Made by a program: the position numbers and the translations under genes
Shown here: in pieces, positions 27,955 to 42,112 of the stretch
How positions within the stretch are numbered: the stretch's first letter is position 1
Layout: every line of letters begins with the position of its first letter
Assembly: GCA_951406725.2 (NCBI GenBank)
Contig: OX597816.1
Span: 27,900,001 to 27,964,000 of the forward strand
Reading direction: 5' to 3'
Origin: Octopus vulgaris
Lineage: Eukaryota
Length of the DNA stretch: 64,000 nt
Notes under the pieces: model-generated
What the model was told of the DNA's origin: nothing
The model's database searches: none
What the model saw: only the letters and a program-made list of their open reading frames with translations

Positions 27955-28097
27955 ATCTTTTCTACTCTAGGCACAAGGCCCGAAATTTTGGGAGATCGGT
28001 GCAGTCGATTAGATCGACCCCAGTACGCAACTGGTACTTAATTTATCGACACCGAAATGATGAACGGCAGAGTCTACCTCGACGAAATTTGAACGCG
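27955..28097 (-). mobile_element. SINE family A fragment
   Basis: Homology to family A. Confidence 0.75.
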
Positions 28098-28572
28098 TGA
28101 AATTGATTATAATTAAATTAATATCAAATTTCTCACCCTCATTTTAAATTTAAATTTAAATTAATACGTTCTCTAATCGGCAAAGGGCACTGTACTAAAT
28201 TATTTTGTGTAGTATCATTTTTTCCGGTAATTTAGCGCGCCAAAGCGAGGACATTTGAATAGTAACCACGAGTGTGAGGGGCAGAACTGTTTACAGGTCC
28301 GTCTTTGTGCGGACGTCCAAGTATACAGTTCTGCAAATTATATACACTTGGACGGTCAAACCGAAGATCTACGGACATCTTGCATAAGTTAAATTACGTA
28401 ATATGGTTATAGTGAAAGCTGTATGTGAATAATCCATATTTTTATTGCTTTCCTTTTGTCTTGATCGATTACGCTTTGGTTATTTGCTGAATTTATTTCT
28501 TGAGAACATTTCTTGGTGTTAAGCTAATAGCGGATCTACTTCTAGCATGAAGGCATCCACATAGTGGTTTCC

Positions 28573-28660
<88 letters not shown>

Positions 28661-29635
28661 TATATACACACGACGGGCTTCCTTCCCTTTCTGTCGACTA
28701 AATCCACTCATCAGACTTTGGTTGACACACGAAAATAGTATAAAACACTTGTCCAAAGTGCCACGCAGTGGGACTAAATCCAGAACCGTTTGGTTGGGTA
28801 GCAAACTTCTTACCACACAGCCCCGCCAACGTCTAAGAATATCTAAGGAAATACATTATTCTTTTCTTAATAAAGGTGGGAAGGAAAATCTCGAAGTATT
28901 TAGACGCCTTTAACAGAATGTGTTATAGAAACCTCACTAAAATGTATGAGACACATTCCTTACACAAATATTTCCATCCTTGATTTTGATGAAAAGTACG
29001 TTTATAATACATGGATATTTACAGTTGGTCAAAGTAAACTTTTGGAAAACTATGCACATTGTTGGTGTATATAAAGAAAATTAAATTAATTAAAGAAATG
29101 AACAGGCAAATGAAAAAGATATGAAAAAGGCAAACGTCAATATGGAAAATTTAACCTTTATCTATATGCGAAATTTCACGATGCTTTCAGTTGGATTATA
29201 AGTAATTATTTTTACCTCAGGAGGAATATGAACTTTTGAACTAGCTGGAAGGCAGCTGAAGACAAGAAAATAACATGACATGTGTATGATGGCGAAAAAT
29301 ATCACATTAATAATAGAGAAAGCCTCACACCTTATTTTGCGAATTTTGAATTAAAGTGTGATAATATGTTAGTTCACATTTCTGATTAAACAGCTTTTAG
29401 CATTTGGTTTGGATGTGATCAGATTGTTCTAAGTGTTAATATCAAAACAGAAGCCTATAATCTACTTCAGTAATACACAATATAACGTACTCCACTACCT
29501 TAAGTATTGCTGATACAGAGGAATATCTATCTATGTATCTATCTATCTACTACACGCACCTAGACATACATACTTACGTACATAAGCATCCTGACACACA
29601 CACGCACGCACACACAAACACACACACACACACAC

Positions 29636-29790
29636 ATACATTTTTCTCTCCTTGTTTCTTTCTGTTTTCCTGTAGAAGAGCGTAGGCTCCAAACGTAAAA
29701 GACTTTTTCAATTCCTGAGCGTTATACTAATACATGTTTGTTTTCTACACCACTTGTCTTCGTCTTTTGTTTTTTTCGTAAATTTTCCCT
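29636..29790 (+). mobile_element. Family H1 element
   Basis: CTGTAGA a gagc gtag gctc caaa cg ta (G12 mutated); ends ttccct before (TA)n. Confidence 0.8.
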
Positions 29791-29800
29791 ATATATATAC

Positions 29801-29891
<91 letters not shown>

Positions 29892-30285
29892 AGGCGCCAG
29901 CGTGGCTGTGTGGTAAGTAGCTTGCTTCCAAACCACATGATTCCGGGTCTAGCCGACTGCGTGGAATCTAGAGAAAATGTCGTCTGCTATAGGCTCAGGC
30001 CAACCAAAGCCTTGTGTGTGGATTTGGTAGATGGAGAGTGAAAGAAGCATGTCGTATATATATATATATATATATATATGTTTGTGTATTTGTGTTTGTC
30101 CTCCCACCATCGCTTGGCTACCGATGTTGTTGTGTTTACGTCCCCTTAACTTAACGGTTCGCTAAAAGAGACCGATGAAATAAGTATTAGGTTTACAAAG
30201 AATAAGTCCTGGGCTGGATTTTCTACAACTAAAGGCGGTGCTCCAGCATGGCCCGCTTCAAATGACTGAAAGAAATAACAGAATA
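29892..30285 (+). mobile_element. SINE family B
   Basis: Homology to family B. Confidence 0.85.
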
Positions 30286-30425
30286 ACACACACACACACA
30301 CACACACAAACACACATACATACACATACACACACACACATATATATATATATATAAGAAATTTTTGCGTAATATGATAAAACAAACCAAAGCTTTACAG
30401 ATATTAGAGCATTTATTGATAGAAG

Positions 30426-30477
30426 GTCTTACAGCTGTTTCTAGGATATTAATTAATAATATCCCTTCATCGGAGAC
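30426..30477 (-). ncRNA. Minimal type I hammerhead motif (U4C) within a TA-flanked insert of about 130 bp (30358-30485)
   Basis: Minus strand: gtct CCGAUGA a gggatatt-attaatt-aatatcct a GAAA cagctg UA agac; palindromic stem III. Confidence 0.72.
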
Positions 30478-31420
30478 GGTCTTACATATATATACATGTA
30501 ATACTATTTGATGAGCTTTAAGTGTCAATTCGCCACAGAAAACGAAATCAATGGATGCTGTGATATCTACCCTCCTATTTGTAGTTTTACAAATATGGAT
30601 CATTTTTTTTTTGTGGGGGCGTATAATTGCTACATTCTCCGTGCGTGTTTACACATAGTAAGAGATGCGTGGCTTCGGAGATTTTCAACGCCTCTTCCTA
30701 GCAAACAGGTGCATATTGTACCCTCGCTTGTAATATATGTTTTGCGTATTTGGATTGTGTTTTCTGGCCCATTTTTCATTATTTTTTAAAAGGTAACTTA
30801 TTAGAACTTTGAATACATACCCACACACACATCCATACACACATATGTATAGATAGATAGACAGATAGACATATCGTATGTAGATATCGTTATAGCAAAT
30901 ATTCTACTCAATACCACAGATTTGCTTGTCAGTTGCATGGCCATAGCAGCTGACAATGTGTGAATCCTTGATTATGAGCAGAGGTATTAGAAGAGCGTCA
31001 TAATCATGTGATGTGGTTTGAATAGATATAACAAAGGCAAAGTTCGAAGGAAATATTAGCCCTTTTCATATTTTCTAGGGGTAAGAAAATAGGAGATAAC
31101 ATACCCCAGTACAAAAATCGTGTTACACAGTGCAATACAAGGTCTATTCACATGTTGTATATCTGCAAATTATATATGTAGAAGTTATATTTTATAAGCG
31201 CGTGAAAGATAGGGAAGAATACTATATATTACTAGAAATACTTTTTGCAGAATAATTACATATCAAAGGAGAAAAAATTGGAGAATATATTTCCGCATTA
31301 CATATGGTTCATTACAAATAGGAATTACACCTATGTAACTCATATTGGTAATGATACAATGATATATATTTAACGCACATTAGAGAATATCAAAACAAAA
31401 ATCCAGCTTTTTATTTGTTT

Positions 31421-31486
<66 letters not shown>

Positions 31487-31800
31487 ATATATATATGTAT
31501 GTATGTATATATATATATACACAAAGAACAAAAGATGGATTTTTCTTCTCTTCATTTGTGAATGAAGTTATTCCATCATGCGAAAAAAAAAAAACGTTTT
31601 CATCAAGTGAATATACACGAATTAAACAATAAAAACAACATTCCAAGATATAATATATTTTGTTTCACCAGTCGATATCCATACAACGAGTTTCGTTTTG
31701 CAGTCTTTATTATAGAAAACAATCTATTTTAGTGTATTATAATTAAAATTATTTTACATGTCTGTACTAAGGTATACAATATATATAGTACAGTTGTATG

Positions 31801-31912
<112 letters not shown>

Positions 31913-32226
31913 TCTGTCTCTCTCTCTCTCTATATATATATACACACACACTTATATATGTATATATATGTATATATGTATGCATTATGTATTTACACAC
32001 TCACAGAAACACACAGTCACACAAACACACGCACGCACACACACACACGCGCACACATACACACACACACACATACACATGCATATACATGGATGGTGCG
32101 TATAGACTTTTTTCCTAAAAGCTTGAAACGGGAAGTGTATCGGATTACGGAATTGTTGCTATTAGCTTTAATAAAATATATATTTCATAAAACATCTTAA
32201 ATATATAAATATATATATATATATAT

Positions 32227-32625
32227 AGGAGTGGCTGTGTTGTAAGTAGCTTACTTACCAACCACATGGTTCCGGGTTCAATCCCACTGCGTGTCATCGT
32301 GGGCAAGTGTCTTGTACTATACCCTGAGGTCGACCAAAGCCATGTGAGTGTATTTGGTAGACGGAAAATGAAAGAAGCCCGTCGTATGTATGTATATGTA
32401 TGTATATGTGTGTGTGCTTGTGTGTCTGTTTGTCCGCCCAACATCGCTTATCAACCGATGCTGGTGTGTTTACGTCCCCGTAACTTAGCGGTTTTGCAAA
32501 AGAGACGATAGAATAAGTAGTAGGCTTACAAAGAATAAAGTCCTAGGGTCGATTTGCTCGACTAAAGGCGGTACTCCAGCTTGGCCGCAGTCAAATGACT
32601 GAAGTAAGTAAAATAGTAAAAGAGT
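32227..32625 (+). mobile_element. SINE family B
   Basis: Homology to family B. Confidence 0.88.
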
Positions 32626-33188
32626 ATATATATATATATATATATTTACTAGCAAATAGTTTTGTGCATTTCAGAATTTTACATTCGGAACAGTTCCCTT
32701 TTTATGGAAACAATCTGATTTTTACTTAAACTCAGATTGTCCACCACAATAAAGCTACGCATCAGTTTTCGTTGAATATGCTTCCTTTTCTAGCTCACAG
32801 ACTACAAATACTTTCCGACTGCTTTCAGGAATTTTCTCAATGGAGATTTTTAAACGTTATTATATATAGTAATACACACACACACACGCGCGCGCGTGCG
32901 CGCACGCACACGCATTTTATCATTTAACTATATCAGCCATTGAACTGCATCTATGGTGGGGCACAGCCTTGGAATGTTTTAATCGAAAGAATTGCTCTCA
33001 GTACTTATTTTTAAAGCGTGCTACTTGTTCTAGAAGTTAGCATTGTCGGACCGCTAGGTTACTGGGACGTAAGGAAACCAACACGGCCTGCCAAGAGCGT
33101 TGGTAAGAAAAAAGACGAACGTGCACGCATACATACATTCACATATATACCTCTATGTCCATCTGAATTTGTATCTGAGTGTGTGCAT

Positions 33189-33294
<106 letters not shown>

Positions 33295-33573
33295 TTATAT
33301 ATACATTATTTATTCTTAATAGAATTGAAGGATAAACTCACATTAATGTTAATATCAGGTAGTTAGCATGAAATAGATGTCATTTTTAGTATTTTTTCAA
33401 CTGCCAGACTACAACTTGTTTCTTTGGAGTTATTCAGTAGTGCCTTGACATTTATTTCAAGTATTTAGGAAGCAGGTCATTTTGCCCTGCTCCCTTAATC
33501 TATCTATCTATGTATCTATCTATCTATCTATATAATTATTAATATGTATATATACATATTATATAGATACAAC

Positions 33574-33609
<36 letters not shown>

Positions 33610-34942
33610 GATGTCTGTGTGCGCATGTACACGTCTCTGTACACAGTTTCAGTCTACCAAAGCCAACCATAAGGCTTTACTCGGTTGAAGTCTACGACAG
33701 AAAACACTTGCCCAAGTTGACACACATGTGACTGAACTCAGAACCATGCGGTTGGGAAGCAAACATCTTAGCACTAGTATGTGTATGTTTGTAGATAAGT
33801 GCACGTAAGCACACACCCATATTCACACACATGCGTCTATCTGCTCATGTCTCTTGTGAGGCTATACATTCACATATATATCCATCTGTCTATCTCACCA
33901 CCAATTCACCTATCACGCGTTTGAAAGAATTAATGATATAAGATCACTTGTTGATCCTAGATTTGGAACTACTCCATGCATTATACCTTTTACAATATTC
34001 TCTTAAATTTGCAGATAGTTTCAGGCTAATGCGTGTATGACATATAACATTAACTGTGATTAAATTCAGAAGAAAATATACTATTTATGTTATAGCTTTA
34101 TTATTTATTTTTTTCCTACATTTGTTCCACATTCTCTGCGTGTTGTGTGTTATGTTGTTAGTTACCTGTTACTTTTTGTGTGTGCTACGAAATTTACAAA
34201 ACAGTAATCACGAACGAACATGCTAATTCGGTTTGTATGCTATCATTTTATTATATACCACACTGCTAAATGAAAGGAAAAAAAAGAATGACTAACGGGT
34301 ATATACTATGGGATAACTTTTGATTGTAAAATAGTAAAGTCACTGCTGTCATATTTAATGTGGTTTGAAAAAAAGGGGCTGTACTGATGAGTTCAATTCA
34401 TTAGCTTCAGGATAATTTGTGGTAAATATAATCAGGGGACTCAAGCAACATCGCTAAAAATAAATTCAACACTGGCTAGTTATTCGTTGTTTCATAAATT
34501 TCAAATGTTTTGAATTCTACAATTGTCTCTCTTGCACTTTAGCAAAATTATTAAGATATATGATATAATTTTTCTCATTACCCGTATCATTAAGATTAAT
34601 TAAAACGGGCTACTTTCAGTTTCCGTCTACCAAATCCACTCACAAGGCTTTGGTCAGCCCGAGGCTATAGTAGAAGAGACTTGCCCAAGGTGCCATGCAG
34701 TAGGACTGAAACCGGAACCATGTGGTTCCTGCGCCTAATTATATTACATGATATACTATGAATATAATATAACATAATATTATATAACATAAACAATTAT
34801 TTAAAAAAAACATAAAAGGCCAACACATTGTTTCGACTTACGTACATTTTCTGATATACATACACAAAAAACGGTTCCCTTATATATAAGTCACTTCAGC
34901 ATCCTAGTTTAAAGATAGATGAAATCACGTGTGAAAGTACCC

Positions 34943-34996
34943 CTGGATTGTAAAAATTAATTCAAATATCCATTTGAATTAACTTTTACAATCCAG
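34943..34996. repeat. Hairpin with a 25-bp stem adjacent to (TA)n
   Basis: ctggattgtaaaaattaattcaaat-atcc-atttgaattaacttttacaatccag, 24/25 paired. Confidence 0.9.
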
Positions 34997-35000
34997 CCGT

Positions 35001-35094
<94 letters not shown>

Positions 35095-36914
35095 CATACA
35101 TATATATATATATATACACACATATATCTATATACATATATATATACGTATATATATATATATATATATACATACATATATATATATATATATATATGAG
35201 TAATATACATATGTTTCCTAGCAGAATAATGAAGGCGCAAGAGTGATAGTATTCTTAAAATTATAGCAGCTGCAATTAGAATTTAGATTTATAGAATTTG
35301 ACATTCCATCCCAAACCAGCATGGAAAGGATATTAACTTTTGAATCCACAGTTCAGATGCAATATTCTGAAGCTTCCTGTATATTTTTATTTGCCGTTAG
35401 CTTAAAGTATTAATTTTGCACTTACAATTTTTCTACTAGACCATTCGTTTTATATGCAAACCCTTTTCAAATAACAATCAATTCATATGCAGATAATGGT
35501 AAAAAGCTTGGAAAGCAAATTACTCATTTCAAAATGTTTAGGCTATATAAAAGATAAATTCTACAAATTTAGAAGAAAATTTTATTTGGAAAAATCTCTT
35601 GTTAAATTAAAGGACGCTAATCAGAAAGCCGTGCAACAAATATTAGATGAAAAGTTCGAGGCAATGTTGTCCTGCTCTCCAAGCTGCGGGGTGGAATCAT
35701 TCGACGGATAAAATAACATAAAGGACATTGTGATCAGCGATGTGTAACAACATCTGATGATCTGGCCAGTCAAGCGATCACCATTCCTTGTATCGAGACA
35801 ATTTTCTTTGTCTTAGTAGTCTCGTAGGCACTCAGTATATTTCAAACAGGGCACTGTATAGCTTGCTGAGTTATTGCTGCAACAGAGAAAATATTAGTGC
35901 AAAACCTTTCACAGAATCTAATTTATTAGAAAGGCATGCCATAATTTCTGTGGTAGAATCGGTATGATGATCGTCGTAACTGGTATATACTGTATGTCAT
36001 TTGAGTAGCATCAATTGGTTTATTATTCATGTTCTCAACATTGACTGTTGCCATATGTAATAAAATATATATGAAATACCTAAACCGGTAATTTCTGCTG
36101 TAATGGTGTCTTCTGTGGATAAAGCAAAATGAAACGATGCTAGAAAATTGACATTTTCAGTATATAATTCTGCCATCTCTCACGATACTAATATTCAGGC
36201 CTTCATTAGTATTCAGTGCTTTTATTTGTTAAATCTATAACTTTTCTTTTTTGATATATCATATTTTTCGATATTTATCGCCACAAATGTTCAGCTGTCA
36301 TACACGCCTAGCTAAAATCATAATGATTTCAAACGGTCATTAAGTCTTTAGTATCATTTCCTTGAAGTACGATCAGGATATGTATTGTAAATGATAATTG
36401 ACGGTGAAACAGTGAATGAGAAAAAGAAAGATGTATTCTTCTCACTGAATGACATTTTTTCTTGAGAACTAAGATGAATGAGAAAATAAAATACAACTTA
36501 TAGAAGGATTAGATGGAATGTTTCATGGACAATAATATTAGAAGATATTATTTTATTCTACACAAAAGAGAATAATCTATTCTATCAGATGTTCTACACT
36601 TCATTAGTTGTTTTATGCTTCACCCAAGCCATTTTTCTCGGGGCAGCTTCGGTGAAGATCAAGATCATATATATTCAATATATCGTAGCACACACACCCC
36701 TTCTCTCTATTTCTCTCTCTTTCAAACACACGCACATATATACACACGCACTTGTACACTCACTCTCATACAAAAAGACAGAGGCACATACGCTCGTTCA
36801 AACTTATATATTCTCTCTCGGTTCCATATTCTCACCCTATGATTTCTAATGTTTAAGCGTGTACATAAGATATTTTCCCATATAAAGAGGTACATATACA
36901 TACATACATCTATA

Positions 36915-37010
36915 TGCGTGGCATCTTAGGCAAGTGTCTTCTACCATAGCCTCGGGCCGACCAAAGCCTTGTGAGTGGATTTGGTAGAAGGAAACTGAAA
37001 GAGGCCTGTC

Positions 37011-37056
<46 letters not shown>

Positions 37057-37171
37057 ATGTGTGTGTGTATGTGTGTGTGTGTGTGTATGTGTGTGTGTGT
37101 GTGTATAAATGGCGGTGCCCCAGCATGGCCACAGCTCGTGAGCTGAAACTAAATAAAACAAATATAAATAA

Positions 37172-37204
<33 letters not shown>

Positions 37205-37355
37205 AGTGTATTTGTATGTGCGTCTGTGCTTGTCCCCCCCCACAATCGCATGACAACCGATGTTGGTGTGTTTACGTCCCCGTCGCTAAGCGGCTCGACA
37301 TAAAAGACCGATAGAATAAGTACCAGGCTTACAAAGAATAAGTCTTGGGGGTCTG
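36915..37355 (+). mobile_element. SINE family B with a second SINE tail nested in its internal microsatellite
   Basis: Family B segments; extra ggcggtgccccagcatggccacagc..tgaaac at about 37110-37160. Confidence 0.75.
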
Positions 37356-37369
37356 TGTGCATATTACTA

Positions 37370-37630
37370 AAATGGCAACGGTGCCCATACGAGTGGCAGG
37401 TTGAATTCTGAGATCACTCAGTATAAGGAAAAGGGATATTATGCTACTCCTAAAGAGAATTATTTTTGTGTTATCTGGATAGCTACTCCCAACTATGGTC
37501 ACGACAAGACGTCAAACTTACAGGCAACCCAACGTCACTACACTAAGGAGATGAACTCGGTGCAACAGATGAGCTCCTAGGAGAGGCAGAAAATGAAGCT
37601 CTATTCCCTAGAAAGAAGACACGAAACATA
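37370..37630 (+). pseudogene. Decayed CR1-group LINE C-terminal remnant
   Basis: QRHYTKEM...MKLYSLERRH resembles the LE..QR..T / L.LYSLERRR signature. Confidence 0.45.
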
Positions 37631-37764
37631 TACATATGTATGTATGTATTATGTGTGTATGGATGGATGGATATGGAAGATCCCTGAAGGTGTATGAACG
37701 CCACTGGATTGTACTAAATATCCAGTCATCTCTACTTAGACTAAACACATGCTTGAAACTGCTC

Positions 37765-37958
37765 CCACCAATCCCTAGATATTTTTCTCTCTCTTTTTTT
37801 CCTTTGTTCTCTGTCCGTCCCCCACCACTTCAGTATTTTCTGTCCAAGAGAATAGACTCGAAACTTCAAAGATTTCTCCATTCTTCCCGAGCGTTAAACT
37901 ATACACCTTCTTGTTCCTTCACATGTTTTCATTTTTAGTTTTCTGTAAATTTGAACTA
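37765..37958 (+). mobile_element. Old H1-related element, decayed HHR-like motif
   Basis: tttctgtccaagagaatagactcgaaacttcaaa followed by tcccgagcgttaaactatac, as in H1. Confidence 0.55.
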
Positions 37959-38044
37959 TTGGATACATACATACATACATACATACATACATACATACAT
38001 ACATACATACATACATACATACATACGTACATATATATATATAC

Positions 38045-38161
<117 letters not shown>

Positions 38162-39994
38162 CTTACGGACAGAAATTATAAATTGTATTTTTTCTGTTCT
38201 CTTTCCCCATCTCATCCTCCCTCTCTTTCTCTCTCTACCTCTCTCACTTGCGCTGTAAGCTTTTAGTTAGAGATTTGTGAAATACATTTGACATTATGGA
38301 TTCTTTGAGTTTTGTTTGGTTAATCTTTAACGAAAATTTTACGGGTTTTCCAGAAGCATAAACTGTAGAATATGCTGTGACAGTATTAAACGATGTATCA
38401 GTTTAAGAAATCATAGATAAATTTATAGAAGGCTATGAAAAAATTATACCAAAAGAACATCATCTGAACACTAACTTTAGACACTTTATACACTCACAGA
38501 TAGATGATGTAAATACCATTTACAGTGTAAACACTTTCATCAAAAAACGAGAAAACAGTGAATATACGAAACATAAGAACATAAATGCTGTCGCATTACT
38601 CACTATAAATAGTAAGTATATCTCCCTCATATCAACACACTTCTGTCTTTTATAAAAGAACGTGACAATAGATACGACAGTAGATGGTCAAACAGATGTG
38701 TACCTTTGGTTTGAAGGTAATCACACTTTCACCAACACCAGCACCACATCACGAGCACCAGCATCACCACCAGCAGCGCCACGACTAGCACCACCATCAC
38801 CGCCAACACCACCGTCACCGCCGCCGCCGTCACCGCCACCATCATACCACCACCACTAAAACAACAGCTACAGAAGTAAAAAAGGGAAGGCTTTTGTTCA
38901 ACAACAAAATTCAAGCCTTCACGTTATTGCTTAATTCCAGGTCATTCCTGACCCAGTACAACTATAGGGTCAAATGTGTTCTATGTATGAAAATCCTTGC
39001 TTTAATTTTGGAGATAGTGTATCTAGGACTATATCATTTCCTGTGTTCTCTAAAGATCAACGATTAAATATGTTGCACTCGTTATTCAGAGATAATATTT
39101 CTCACACCACATTATATCGTTTATCTATTTCTTGATAGAGGTCATGATGAAATTTGACGGAGATTTCGCTCTATTTCTTGCAGATCGAGTAGGCAATGTG
39201 GTGAATCCTACTGCATCATGGTCATGTCGGTTTTTTGTTAGTTCTGTTTAAATCCAGGTCAGATTTGAGGAGATCTGTGATAAAAAAATCTCTGTAACCA
39301 TCTTGTCTTTCAGCTATTTTAATATATGAGAATGTTATTAGAGGGATGTTTTAGCTACCATTTTTTAACTGTTCAATCAAGCGTGCAGTTGTTCGCTTCG
39401 ACATTGATCTGTGCCTCTTAAATGCAACTGAAGGGTCATATGGTCAGAGGCTTCCAGCTATGACAATCCTGTCTTTTTTAGAGCTATGTAGCACCACTCT
39501 ATACTTAAGACACTTGGATGAGATTTGAGGAAATTGTGCTGCTAGTTCTAGCGTGTCAAGTGACCAGGTACACTCTTACCACTGATCACGTATAACACGT
39601 AGACCAGCAAACTGCACAAATATATATTATATTCTTCAATTAACCTAGCAATGTGTTTCCTATTTTGTATTTCACCTTCTATACCTCGGCTATCTGGACA
39701 CCTCAAATTGAATTGTCTTGCGGAAACGGTTATATACTATTTATAGTGATTCTGAAATTGTCAATTAAGAATGACTGCTTTAGGGTAAGAAGCAAGGCGG
39801 TATTGAAAATATTACCTGCTTCACAAATAGCTGTCTTGTGAACACGTATATCCATCCAAGAGGATTGTTAAATCAGTGATTAAAGAAAGAAGAAAGTAAT
39901 ATATGGCATATACGTGGATGGACTCACCATGACTAAGTGGGTAATTAAGGAATATTGAGCCATGCATGCGTATATAGCGACACTTAGGTACGTG

Positions 39995-40151
39995 CGTATG
40001 TATGTATGTATGTATGTATGTATGTATGTATGTATGTATGTATGTATGTATCTATGTATGTATGTATACATGCATATATATATACACATACACACATGCA
40101 CTCGCATATGTATATACACTCATGCACTAGCGCCCATACAAATACACATAC

Positions 40152-40182
<31 letters not shown>

Positions 40183-40540
40183 CATACATACATACATACA
40201 TACATACATGCATACATGCATACATATATACATGCATACATGAATACATACATACATGCATACATGCATACATACATACATAGATACATACATACATACA
40301 AACATACATACATACATACATGATACATACATACATACATACATGCATACATACATACATACATACATACATACATACAAACATACATACATACATGCAT
40401 ACATGCATACATACATACATACATACATACATACATACAGGCATTCATACATACATGCATACACACATACATACATACATACATACATACATACATACAT
40501 ACATACATACATACATACATACATACATACATGCATACAC

Positions 40541-40570
<30 letters not shown>
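39995..40570. repeat. (TATG)n / (CATA)n microsatellite block
   Basis: Direct. Confidence 0.95.
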
Positions 40571-40571
<1 letters not shown>

Positions 40572-41076
40572 CCACGTGTTCGGCCACTAATTGTGAATTT
40601 GTTTTTAAACGAGAGAGAACCCATTCCCAGTCGAAGTTAGAGACTCTAATTTTCGATTAATAAATATTTATTACTTTACTTCTTACACAAAATAAAAATT
40701 TTTAATTTTTTGTCGTTGGTAGCCATGCATATTTCTATTACACCCTCTTTAAAATGGTCGGAGCTGCGTAGCACGAGACAAATTAAATTAAGCTAAATTT
40801 AACCGTCTATGAAGTTTAATAAAAACAGCAAGAATACTGAAGATAAGAGATAGTTCATATTTTAAACGACATTCTTTTACTCTTTTACCGTTTTAACTGC
40901 TAGAGCAGGACTTATTCTTTGTAAGCGTAGTACATATACTATTGGACTCTTTTGCCGAATCGCTAAGTTACGGGGAAGTAAATACACCAACATCTGTTGT
41001 CAAGCGTTTGTGGGGGGGGGGCAAACATATATAGAGACACAAAAATAAATATATATTTACATACATACATACTTAC

Positions 41077-41110
<34 letters not shown>

Positions 41111-41114
<4 letters not shown>

Positions 41115-41314
41115 AGAGTTTACGAAAAAAACAAAAGACGAAGACAGGTAGTGTACCAAACAAAGAGATGTATTAGTATGATACATCTCTTTGTATCATA
41201 CTCAGGAATTGAAAAAATCTTTAACGTTTCGAGCCTATGCACTTCTAAAGAAAGGGACACAGAAAAAACAAGAAGAGAAAAAATGTGTGTAGTGGCTAAC
41301 GATCTATCATGGCG
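41111..41314 (-). mobile_element. Family H1 element in (TA)n
   Basis: Reverse complement of 50241-50448; HHR-like motif mutated. Confidence 0.85.
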
Positions 41315-41315
41315 A

Positions 41316-41358
<43 letters not shown>

Positions 41359-41364
<6 letters not shown>

Positions 41365-41505
41365 TCAAATATATAAGGAATGCCCATATTAGGACATTCC
41401 TTATATATTTGAATGTATATTATATAGTCTATTGACTAACTTCTGTTTCTCACTTGACCCCTGGTAGCGGAGAATTTTTCTAGAATTTTTGCTACCCTTA
41501 AATTT
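41359..41505. other. TA-embedded fold-back insert with two hairpins
   Basis: attcaaatatataaggaatg..cattccttatatatttgaat (41359-41418) and ggtagc..gctacc (41463-41496). Confidence 0.7.
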
Positions 41506-41526
41506 ATATATATATATATATATATA

Positions 41527-41748
41527 TGACAACTATGATTGTCACACGCTGACGAGAGGTCAATACCTCGAAACTCGAGTCCGTGTGTATCATAAGTTGA
41601 AGACGGGAAGGATGACTTCCCTTTGCAAATACTGACAGGACACAGATAGTGTGTCTATGGCCAGCTGGAGGAGTGTGTCCTCCTGGGGCTAAAAACTACA
41701 GTAGCATCCACCCTTAGGGGTTAGCCATATTGAAATGGCAAAAATACG

Positions 41749-41752
<4 letters not shown>
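41527..41752 (+). mobile_element. Retrozyme-like insert of about 226 bp in (TA)n
   Basis: Bounded by (TA)n on both sides; canonical HHR near the 5' end; further hairpins gggaag/cttccc, gacac/gtgtc, ggagga/tcctcc, gccat/atggc. Confidence 0.8.
41530..41599 (+). ncRNA. Canonical type I hammerhead ribozyme
   Basis: cacacg CUGACGA gaggt-caat-acctc GAAA ctcgag UC cgtgtg; predicted GUC cleavage after 41581; stem I extended by caactatgat/atcataagttg. Confidence 0.92.
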
Positions 41753-41798
<46 letters not shown>

Positions 41799-42112
41799 AA
41801 GGGCTTCTTTCAATTTCCGTGTACCAGATTCACTCACAAGGATATAATATAAAACACTTGCTCAAGGTGCCACGGAGTAGGGCTGAACCCGGATCCATGT
41901 GGTTGGGAAGCAAGCGTCTTACGACATAACCACGTCTGCGACTATATTTAATCTTTGTTTTTTCATTCTAAATCGTTAACGATTAATAGTGGAGAACAGA
42001 GAAAAATGTCCTTCGCGACGGTCTGAATGACTTTCCAGGGTTTTTAATCTATTATTATTTGGATTTTTTGTACAAGGTTAAGAGTTCTGTTGGTATTATA
42101 AACCTGTGCATT

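Noticed and set aside
38728-38860. Pro/Thr-rich ORF
   Set aside because: Degenerate (CAC/CGC)n trinucleotide repeat.
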